Shown here one piece after another: positions 56,231 to 64,000 of a stretch of DNA of 64,000 nucleotides. This stretch comes from an uncultured Gemmatimonadaceae bacterium (lineage in GTDB: Bacteria > Gemmatimonadota > Gemmatimonadetes > Gemmatimonadales > Gemmatimonadaceae). The notes under the pieces are model-generated. The model did no database searches. It was not told the origin of the DNA and was given only the letters and a program-made list of their open reading frames with translations. The position numbers and the translations under genes are program-made. The stretch covers positions 1,920,001 to 1,984,000 of the forward strand of contig CAVUDW010000002.1 in NCBI GenBank assembly GCA_963740355.1, in the 5' to 3' direction. How positions within the stretch are numbered: the first letter of the stretch is position 1; every line of letters begins with the position of its first letter.

Positions 56231-56326
56231 GCGGTCAGCGCAGGCCGGTCAGGAAGTACGAGTTGATCATTCACGGAGTACGTCGCGCGGAGCGGCGGCA
56301 TCGAGCGCTCTTGTGACCGAACTCCG

Positions 56327-56890
56327 CTAGAAGCGCACCGAGAGTGCGCTCAGATTGCCGCCCGGCATCGGGCGGAAGTCGACCGCGATCCGCTGCGGCG
56401 TACTCCACTGTTCGGTACCGCTGACGGCGCCGATCCACGCACCGATGCCGGTGAGGACGAGCGCGACCGGGACTGCCAAGGCGGTCGTCGGGATCGACGC
56501 AGCGCCGCCCTGCCGTTCGTAGGCGCGGTCGCTGGCCCAGGCGACACCGACAACCACCGCGCCAAGTCCCGCGCCTATGAGAGCACCGCGTCCGGCGCTG
56601 CTGGCGTAGCGCTCGAACACCGAGTAGCTCCGAACGCAGTCGGTTCCGATCGTACGGGCGATGGTGATCCTGTCCGGCGGGAACGTGACGGTCGAGGTCA
56701 CGACGCTGTCTATGGCAACGTCAACGCTGTCGCCGCGTAGCCCGCCAAACTTTCCGGTGAGTGTCTTGCCGGTGCATGTCTCGAGCCGGATTGGCTTGCC
56801 GATGGGCAGGTCCTGCAGGCGCTGCGCGGCAAGGTGAGTCGCACAGGTCATTGCCAGTAGGACGAGCAGGCATCGACTGCGGCAGGGCAT
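56327..56890 (-). CDS. Hypothetical secreted/membrane protein with a glycine zipper
   Basis: Signal ending LAAQ; GALIGAGLG and GIGAWIG segments. Confidence 0.7.
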   Translation of the reverse strand: MPCRSRCLLVLLAMTCATHLAAQRLQDLPIGKPIRLETCTGKTLTGKFGGLRGDSVDVAIDSVVTSTVTFPPDRITIARTIGTDCVRSYSVFERYASSAGRGALIGAGLGAVVVGVAWASDRAYERQGGAASIPTTALAVPVALVLTGIGAWIGAVSGTEQWSTPQRIAVDFRPMPGGNLSALSVRF

Positions 56891-57080
56891 GGCGGCACCA
56901 GAGAGCGGGTGATCGCAGACAGACGGAAAGTGCAGGGCGTGAACGCGGCCGCGCCGAGTGCTCGGGCGCCCTGTGGCAATTATTCGCGTCTAGTGAAGAA
57001 TAGCCCCCGCGTGCAGCTTGGCAAGCCGAGCCAGGTGCCACGTGACGACGCGGGCAACCCTTTGCGCCAGGAGCAAAGCG

Positions 57081-57863
57081 TTAGTGGTGCGACCGTTCCG
57101 CTGTGCCGTGCCTCCGGGCGAGGCTTTGCACGTGCTCGACATCCGTCTGACCGGTGATGGCGAGCCGCGCCGTCTCGAGTCGGCCAACGCAGAACTGCAA
57201 CTCTCTGAGCGACATCACTTCCGTCGACTGGTGGTGCAGGTACTCGCCAAGTTGATCGACCTGAATGACTCCATCCGGCATCGCTGTCTTGAATTCACCG
57301 TCACCGGTGAATACGACGACCGATTTGACTGCCTCTGGCGGCAGGAAGTCGAGAAGGTCCTGAACGGCGCGTACGTGACGGTAGTTCTGCAGCAGCGGGT
57401 TCTGGAACTTGTACTTCTTCTGGTAGAATACATGCGTCCACGTCGGTGACGATGCGTTTGCGAAGATCCAGCCGCCGTAGTCTTTCGTCTCGATCACGAA
57501 GACGCCGAACCGCGACACCAGGATGTGGTCAACTTGTGTGGTGCCGTCGTCCATCCGCAGGGTGACGTGATTCAGCAGGTGGTAGTGCGGGGGATGGCAG
57601 TGCGTCATCAGAAGACGCGTTACCAATGACTCGCCATCATTCTGGAATTGCGGTGAGGTCCACGACCGGAAGGGCCTGCCGTTTCTGTTGTGCGATCCTC
57701 GGCGCCGGCCGAGCATAAATCCCACTGTGACAGCGATCGCGAGGAGAACGTAGAGAACAGTTGTGTTCTGATCGTTCAGGGCGGCGAAGAATTGCTTCAA
57801 TGGAGCGATCGCCAGATCGTTGACTTGTCCCGAGAGCTGATGGGGGATGTCGGTGATGAGCAT
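57081..57863 (-). CDS. NERD (nuclease-related domain) protein
   Basis: GE..V, TTQVDHILVSRFGVFVIETKDY.G, FQNPLLQN..H. Confidence 0.9.
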   Translation of the reverse strand: MLITDIPHQLSGQVNDLAIAPLKQFFAALNDQNTTVLYVLLAIAVTVGFMLGRRRGSHNRNGRPFRSWTSPQFQNDGESLVTRLLMTHCHPPHYHLLNHVTLRMDDGTTQVDHILVSRFGVFVIETKDYGGWIFANASSPTWTHVFYQKKYKFQNPLLQNYRHVRAVQDLLDFLPPEAVKSVVVFTGDGEFKTAMPDGVIQVDQLGEYLHHQSTEVMSLRELQFCVGRLETARLAITGQTDVEHVQSLARRHGTAERSHH

Positions 57864-57989
57864 GGCGACGGCGCCCGTGGTGGGAGATTCGCGGTGCGGG
57901 TTCGACTGTTATGACGATCGGAGCAGGTGCGCCGTTTCGGCCCCGCCGACTCGGGAGCTTGCAAAATGAACGGCGAGATTCCGTCTCAA

Positions 57990-58250
57990 TCAGCGGTTCG
58001 GTGGTGCGGACGTGCCTGGCCTCGCTGAAACAAGCCAAATACACCAGGCATCCGACCGGAGCGTCGTCTTCCTAAACTTGCCGGCGGTCGTCGTGCAGCG
58101 CGTGCCGTCTGACGCGACCAGGGTGTCGGGCAGAAGCTTCTGCGTGACCACCTTCCGCGCGAGAGTCGGTGCGTTGTCGCCGTTCCGAAGCGGAATGGCA
58201 CACCCCGCGAGCACTACGGCCGCGAGTGATGCGAGCCTGCGGACTGACAT
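57990..58250 (-). CDS. Small hypothetical lipoprotein
   Basis: Lipobox LAGC; KVVTQK..DTLVASDGTRC. Confidence 0.65.
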   Translation of the reverse strand: MSVRRLASLAAVVLAGCAIPLRNGDNAPTLARKVVTQKLLPDTLVASDGTRCTTTAGKFRKTTLRSDAWCIWLVSARPGTSAPPNR

Positions 58251-58349
58251 TCGTACGCTCCGGACGTACGTGGTGCACGTGCTTCGGTGTTGCCAAAGAA
58301 AATGGTTCTGTTGCCAAGCGTCCCTACGCCTCGCCTGATGAATAACGGC

Positions 58350-58382
58350 CGGCCGCATTGTCTGCGGTAACCGGCGTTACGC
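58350..58382 (-). mobile_element. Truncated integron attC (R''/L'' half only)
   Basis: GCGTAAC-GCCG-GTTACCGCAGACAATGCGGCCG closely resembles the left arm of the attC at 58823-58918; the right arm is missing. Confidence 0.6.
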
Positions 58383-58808
58383 CGCTGTGGAAGCATCCGG
58401 TGGGCGCTTCAACCTCACCAGTCGCCACAGCATCCACGCCGTCAGTGCGAGTGGGAATGCAACAAACGGAAGCCGCGAAGCAACGATGACTGCATCGAAA
58501 GTCTCATGCCTGATCATCTGGTGAAGCTCGAGCCTCCCGGCAATCTCGAGGCCTACGAAGCCGCCAACCAGCACGAGCCACCCGATGCCGAATCTCGTGA
58601 CCGTCCGCCGCGGAAGCGGCGCACCGCTGCTGGCAAACCACCACATCGTGATCCCGGCGAGGGGAAGCGCAATGCACGACCAGCCAGCGACGGCGAACTG
58701 CACGCCGCCCCAAGAAATCTCGTACAGCACATCGAGGAGCACGAGCGCAGTGAGCCACGCGACGCCTGCGAGCGCACGGCACAAAGTGTGGGGAGATGGG
58801 TTTCGCAT
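58377..58808 (-). CDS. Cassette-like hypothetical 4-TM membrane protein
   Basis: ATG lies 15 nt after the attC R' site; the TAA stop is inside the next R''. Confidence 0.7.
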   Translation of the reverse strand: MRNPSPHTLCRALAGVAWLTALVLLDVLYEISWGGVQFAVAGWSCIALPLAGITMWWFASSGAPLPRRTVTRFGIGWLVLVGGFVGLEIAGRLELHQMIRHETFDAVIVASRLPFVAFPLALTAWMLWRLVRLKRPPDASTAA

Positions 58809-58822
58809 AGTCGACCGCGTCG

Positions 58823-58918
58823 GCCTACCGAGACAAGTTCTGCTGCAAAGCGACCGCACCAATCCCACTAGTTTGCACTACACGCCGGTCGCTTTGTCTG
58901 CAGCAACTGGCGTTAGAG
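58823..58918 (-). mobile_element. Integron attC site
   Basis: CTCTAAC-GCCA-GTTGCTGCAGACAAAGCGACCG...CGGTCGCTTTGCAGCAGAAC-TTGTCTC-GGTAGGC: an imperfect palindrome with R''/L''/L'/R' boxes and unpaired bases. Confidence 0.75.
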
Positions 58919-59573
58919 GGCGCGCGCCGACGGTGGCTGCCGCGACGCTCAGATCACAGACGATCAAGTCGTCCCAGTAGTGGCTGCTCGGATCTTCATG
59001 TAAGTGGAGACCTGCCGACACTTGCATGATCTCAATGTCGAGCGGCAGAAAGAACTCTACTGAGTAGCGCTCCAACTCGTTGGGCTCAAGGATTAGATGT
59101 TTGTTTTTAAGAGCGATCGTGCAGGAATTGGTCGACGGCCATCGCGTGAGCAATACTTCTGAGCCAGGTTCTTCTACGCTTTGCGCCGTGGCGTCGATGA
59201 TTCTTTCTCCAAACTTCTTGATCGTTGAGATGTCTACCTCTATTCTATGTGGACACAGCTCAATTTGGCCGATTTTTTTAACGTCAACCAAGACGCGAAG
59301 CAGGCGAACGTCTGAATCGCTAGCGACCACCCGAGCCGCCAGTGAAACGTCCGCTCTGAACTGATCTGCACGCTGCCGGATAAATACGACATATGTCCAG
59401 AGCCCGCCGATGCAGATGGCGATCATTTGGACGATACTCGCGAGCGCGGCGATTGTCGCAGTCCAGTCGACGGCTATTGAATGCTGTCGTAGCCAGTGAA
59501 GGCGGACAAGAGCGGCCATCGCGACATACAACATTGCTATGGCAAGCCGAACTTGCAGCCGAGTACTCAGCAT
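58878..59573 (-). CDS. Cassette-like hypothetical membrane-anchored protein, lower GC
   Basis: Visibly AT-richer than its flanks; begins just after GTTAGCG and ends inside the attC. Confidence 0.7.
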   Translation of the reverse strand: MLSTRLQVRLAIAMLYVAMAALVRLHWLRQHSIAVDWTATIAALASIVQMIAICIGGLWTYVVFIRQRADQFRADVSLAARVVASDSDVRLLRVLVDVKKIGQIELCPHRIEVDISTIKKFGERIIDATAQSVEEPGSEVLLTRWPSTNSCTIALKNKHLILEPNELERYSVEFFLPLDIEIMQVSAGLHLHEDPSSHYWDDLIVCDLSVAAATVGARPLTPVAADKATGV

Positions 59574-59598
59574 GCTGCCGCCATGATCGTAGTGGTCC

Positions 59599-59725
59599 CG
59601 CTAACGAGTATTAGGCCGCGAAGAAGTCTATATCCCGATGCTACGTCGCGTTTGTCTGCTACGCCAGCCCCAGCCTGTAGCAGCCAATCGCACCGCAGAA
59701 TGCGACTTCGCCCGCCGTATGCTTG
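59599..59725 (-). mobile_element. Degenerate attC-like site (R' GTTAGCG intact, R'' not recognisable)
   Basis: Minus strand ends GACTTCTTCGCGGCCTAATACTCGTTAGCGG, with an internal imperfect hairpin. Confidence 0.45.
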
Positions 59726-59782
59726 CTTCTCCGGCCGCCACTCACCCTTCCGTGGGGGAAGACTGTTGCCTCTATGAGCCCG

Positions 59783-59822
59783 AAAAAAACCGCCCGCCGA
59801 CATCCATCTGTCAGCGGGCGGC
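59783..59822 (-). terminator. Intrinsic terminator of the DUF2723-like gene
   Basis: CCGCCCGCTGACA-loop-TGTCGGCGGGCGG followed by T7. Confidence 0.88.
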
Positions 59823-59847
59823 CTCCCTGATATTTCAGTCCGATCTG

Positions 59848-62256
59848 CTACTTCTTCGTCCCTGGCTTCGCCGCAGGTGCAGGAGCCGCCTCCGGCGCCC
59901 CCAAAGGCAACGCCGTCGGCCCCGTGTCCAGAAGAGCAGGCAACCCCGCCCCCGGCGTCGGCTGCCCCAGAATCCCCGCCTCCCCCCCAAACCAATTCAA
60001 CGTCCGCGAAGCCGCCGCAATGTCCTTCGCAGTAGTAATCACTTTCTGCGCCTCCGCATTCTTCCCCGTCGCCCGCAGCGCATCCGACAACACGATGCCC
60101 GCCGAGACATACAGCGCAGGAATACCGGCCGAAGGCTTATCCACCCAGTCCCCGCGCGAAATAATGCTCTTCTGCCCCACAAAGACCGTATTCCACAAAG
60201 CCAGCGAACGATTCACGTCCACAAACCCTTCACCCTGAATCGCGATCGTATCCGCACTCACCCCAGGCGGCACCGGCAACAGCTTCCGCGCCAACCCCTG
60301 CGTGATCAGATACTGGCCGAGCCCAAGCGAGACGCCGTAGTTCCCAGAGGTACGCGAGAAGTAAATCGGCCGCCCGCCCCAGTTATCGCGGATCATGTAT
60401 AACGTCAGGATGTCAGCCCGCTCGAGCACACCCTGGCTCAGGTTCTTCGGATCGATGACGGCCTGAATGGTCCCCTGCGTGAACACCATCGACGCTGTCG
60501 ATCTGCACATACAGCGGCACACTGTCCGCCTGCGCCAACGTCAGGTTCAACGGCTTGGTCGTCGGCTTCTTCCACGTCCCGCTGCGATAGATCGCAGGCC
60601 CCGCCGCCGCGTCGTAGTCGTAGATCGGACGACGGATCATCTGACGCGTGTACCAGTCGGTGTTCATCAAGCTGGTGTTCGCGATCAGCACATCCTTGCG
60701 GATGCCTTCGACTTCCTGGGCGTACCAGAGCGGGAAGGTGTCGTTGTCGCCGACCGTGATCAGGATGCCGTACGGCTCGACACTGTTCAGCAAATCGTGC
60801 GCGAAGTCGCGTCGTGTCACGCTGCCCGGCGCGGCTGGCCTGCGTCCAGTTGCCGATCATCGGGATCAGCGCCAGACCCGAGCACCGGCGCGCTCATGCG
60901 CCAGGCGCGCTGGTTCGGTGACGAGAAGCGGTTCTTGCCGATCTCGATGGTCTCCGTGCCGAGGAAGCCAGCAACGGTCTCCCACAGATAGATCAACCCA
61001 AGCCCGGCCCACACGCTCCAGGCGCTGAAGCTCCAGAGATAGAAATAGTCTCGATCTCTGACCTCTCGATTGACGCTGTCCCCGAGTTCAGGGTCCTGCG
61101 AATAGCCGTATTTGAAGTTGAGGTAGATGATCAGTCCTATCGTCAGCGTGCCGATCAGCGGACCGAAGAAGAGGAAACTTCGTTGGTCCCGTTTGTAGTG
61201 TACCCATCCGCCTATCAGGCCAAGGCCGAGGAAGACGACGGCGAGGGCGTTCTGCAGGCCGGGGCGCTCGTTGTGCGCGTCGCGCAGCCACTGCCAGCGG
61301 AAGTACAGCCACCACATGCCAACCTGCGCGGTGATCGGCGCCTGACGCTCGGTGAGCGCCGGCTTGCCGTACTGACCGCGATCGAAGTTGTACTTGAAGC
61401 GGGTCCAGGTGGTGCTGCTGAAGGTGCAACCGACGGCGATCTCGTTCACGCAGCCAGTCGGTTCACCTTCATTGATGGCAGGGAAGTGCGCGGCGCGAAT
61501 GGGCTGCGTCGCAAACGGCGAGATGCCGAGGATCACGGCACCGACGCAGGCCAGAATCAGCTTCCACTTGAAGAGCGTCTTCGGAGCGCGGAAGAGGATC
61601 GCCAAACCGACCGCCGGCCCAGGCAACATGCCGGCCGGGTGGTTCGCGTAACCAAGGCCGAGCAGGAAGGCGATCAGGATCAGCAGTCGGTCGCCACGTC
61701 GTCCTTCGGGTTCGTCGCACCAGGTCACGGTCAGCCAGGCGACGATCGCGAAGATGGCCAGCGACACGGTGTACACCTTCTCGTTCACCACGCTCTGGTT
61801 CCACACCGTGAACGCGGTCGCACCGATCAACGTCGCGACACTCGCACCGAGGATGCGCATCCAGCGCTGCGGCAGCCAGCTCACGAGCACGCGCTCGGTG
61901 ATCAGGAACCACGATCCGGCGGCGACGGCGCTCGACAGGGCGGCCAGCATGTTCAGCTTCACCGCCACCGACATCCCGGGGATGGGCAGGTGTGCGAACA
62001 CGTTGCCGATCAGGATGAAGAACGGGTTGCCGGGCGGATGCGGCAGGCCAAGCACGTAGGCGGCCGCGATGTACTCGCTCGCGTCCCACATGGCCGTCGA
62101 CGGCGCCAGCGTGATCATGTACAACACGAACACCGCCAACGTGGCGATGCCGGCCGCCAGATACGATGGCCTGTAGTCGAGGTCGGTATGGATCACGGAC
62201 TGCGCGCCGGTCGTGGTTGACCGTGCGGCCGGAATCGGAGCTGCAGAGGAGGCCAT
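59848..62256 (-). pseudogene. DUF2723/TMEM260-like membrane glycosyltransferase with about three frameshifts (~60878, ~60812, ~60488)
   Basis: TLAPS..WDASEY..LG.PHPPG.P, NEKVY, REVRDRDYF and [18 protein letters not shown] are spread over successive frames. Confidence 0.8.
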
Positions 62257-62357
62257 CAGCTGCTGGAAGAGGACGGTGGTACGAATCAGAACCCTAGAAA
62301 ATCGCCTTACCCCCCTCACTGGGGCTAGTGCCTCAGCTTGGGTTCGTTTGACAGCAA

Positions 62358-62542
62358 AACGCAGAGACGCAGAGACGCAGAGACGCAGAGGGCACTACCG
62401 CATGGCGAACTGACTCTCTGATCGCATGCCATCGCCTTGGGAACTGCCATCCCACGCCGGGCGAAACGACGCCGATATCGCGATCGAACCCCTCCAAAAA
62501 GCAGTTCCTCTGCGTCCCTCTGCGCCTCTGAGTCTCTGCGTT
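62358..62542. repeat. Inverted pair of (CGCAGAGA)n octamer arrays
   Basis: AACGCAGAGACGCAGAGACGCAGAGACGCAGAG at 62358-62390 and CTCTGCGTCCCTCTGCGCCTCTGAGTCTCTGCGTT at 62508-62542. Confidence 0.8.
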
Positions 62543-62563
62543 AAGCAGTTGAACTGCAACGAC

Positions 62564-64000
62564 TTAGTGCCGAAAGAGCCGCGCCGAAGTGAACACCATC
62601 GCAATCCCGTGCTCGTCCGCCGCCGCGATGACCTCGGCATCCCGCACCGACCCGCCGGGTTGGACAATCGCGGTCACCCCGGCGGTTGCCGCGTGGTCGA
62701 CGCCGTCGCGGAAGGGGAAGAAGGCGTCGGAGGCGAGGGCGGAGCCGGTGGTGTCGTGGCCGGCCTGCTTCGCCTTGTGCCCGGCGAGGTAGCTGGCGTC
62801 GACCCGACTCATCTGGCCGGCGCCGATGCCGATGGTGGCGCCGTTGCGGGTGAGGACGATGGCGTTCGACTTCACCGCAGCCGACGCGCGCCACGCGAAC
62901 GCCAGATCGACCAGCTCGGCCTCCGTCGGGGCGCGCTTGGTCACGACCTTCCAGGGGATGTCGCCCGTCGGCACCTGCATCCGGTCCTGCAGCAACACAC
63001 CGCCGCGGACACGCTTGATGTCCATGCCGCCGGCATCGGCTGCGGGCAGGGTCCCGATCAGGACCCGCAGGTTCTTCTTCTTGCCCAGCAGATCGGCCGC
63101 GCTGTCGGAGATACCGGGAGCGACGATGCACTCGAGGAAGAGCGTCGACATCGCTTCCGCCGTCGCATCATCGATCGGCACGCTGAACGCGACCACACCG
63201 CCGAACGCCGACGTCGGGTCGCAGGCGAGCGCCTTCTGGTAGGCCTCGAGCGGCGTGGCGCCGATGGCCAGGCCGCAGGGTGTGGTGTGCTTGATGATGG
63301 CGCAGGCGACCTGCTTCGCGAACGGCTCGATGGCCATCAGCGCGCCGTCGACGTCGAGCAGGTTGTTGAAGCTCAACTCCTTGCCGCCGAGCTGCTTCAG
63401 CGATGCGAGACCGGCCCCGGCGCGTTCCACGTAGAAGGCCGCGCGCTGCTGCGGGTTCTCGCCGTAGCGCAGCCCCTGCGCCATCTCGAACGCCAGCGGC
63501 AGCGTGGCCGGGAACGGATCATCCGGCGCGACCTGATGCTGCAACCAGCCGGCGATGGCACTGTCGTAGGCAGCGGTGTGCGCAAAGACCTTCGCGGCCA
63601 GGTCGCGACGAAGGATCAGCGCCACCTTCCTCGTCCTTCGAATCCAGCTCGGCGATCACTCGCGGGTAGTCGGCGGGATCACACACGACCGTGACGGCGC
63701 TGAAGTTCTTCGCAGCCGAGCGTAGCATGGAGGGGCCGCCGATATCGATCTGTTCGATGACATCGTGTGGCAAGACACCCGCACGCGCGGCGGTCTGACG
63801 GAAGGGATAGAGGTTCACCACGACGAGGTCGATCGCCTTGATGTTATGCGCCTCGACCGCGGCCACATGCTCCGGCAGGTCGCGACGATACAGCAACCCG
63901 CCATGCACGACCGGGTGCAGCGTCTTCACGCGCCCGTCGAGCATCTCCGGGAAGCCCGTCACCTCGCTGATGTCCTTCACCGCCAACCCCGCATCCCGCA
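62564..64000 (-). CDS. purH: Bifunctional AICAR formyltransferase/IMP cyclohydrolase, 5' end outside the window, frameshift near 63630
   Basis: [59 protein letters not shown]. Confidence 0.96.

Noticed and set aside
56900..59850. Complete integron, prophage or IS element
   Set aside because: No tyrosine recombinase, transposase or phage gene is recognisable anywhere in the window.
63600..63660. Programmed ribosomal frameshift in purH
   Set aside because: No slippery heptamer is visible, and nearby genes show similar indels, favouring sequence error.

Overview
GC-rich bacterial chromosomal segment. Gene content resembles Gemmatimonadota, but that is an inference. It carries about 50 CDS: peptidases and esterases, hybrid histidine kinases, a cold-shock protein, a DksA-like factor, an L,D-transpeptidase, an ECF sigma/anti-sigma/HEAT-repeat cluster, a GH78 rhamnosidase, rtcB, a photolyase-family gene, a Ser/Thr kinase, a DUF2723-like membrane protein and purH. 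The most interesting signal is non-coding, on the minus strand at 42.4-43.9 kb. A near-consensus sigma70 promoter is followed by a structured 5' RNA, a 62-codon uORF whose 3' end can pair with the following intrinsic terminator (an attenuator), more structured RNA, and a 126-nt tRNA-like RNA whose anticodon arm is replaced by a long hairpin. A small unknown protein and the RNA ligase rtcB follow. This is a candidate translation-stress-controlled RNA-repair system with its own tRNA mimic. Other notable items: a CHAT(caspase-like)-CHASE2 receptor paired with a FecR-PASTA lipoprotein; a histidine kinase-receiver fused to an exported-type esterase; a degenerate sigma2-FecR fusion; a 57/71-bp tandem array with 199-bp higher-order period; a REP-like palindrome in five consecutive intergenic spaces; and a decaying integron cassette array with no integrase in the window. 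Frameshifts in three genes, including purH, suggest sequence indel errors. All calls were made by eye from motifs and base-pairing; no searches or folding programs were run.
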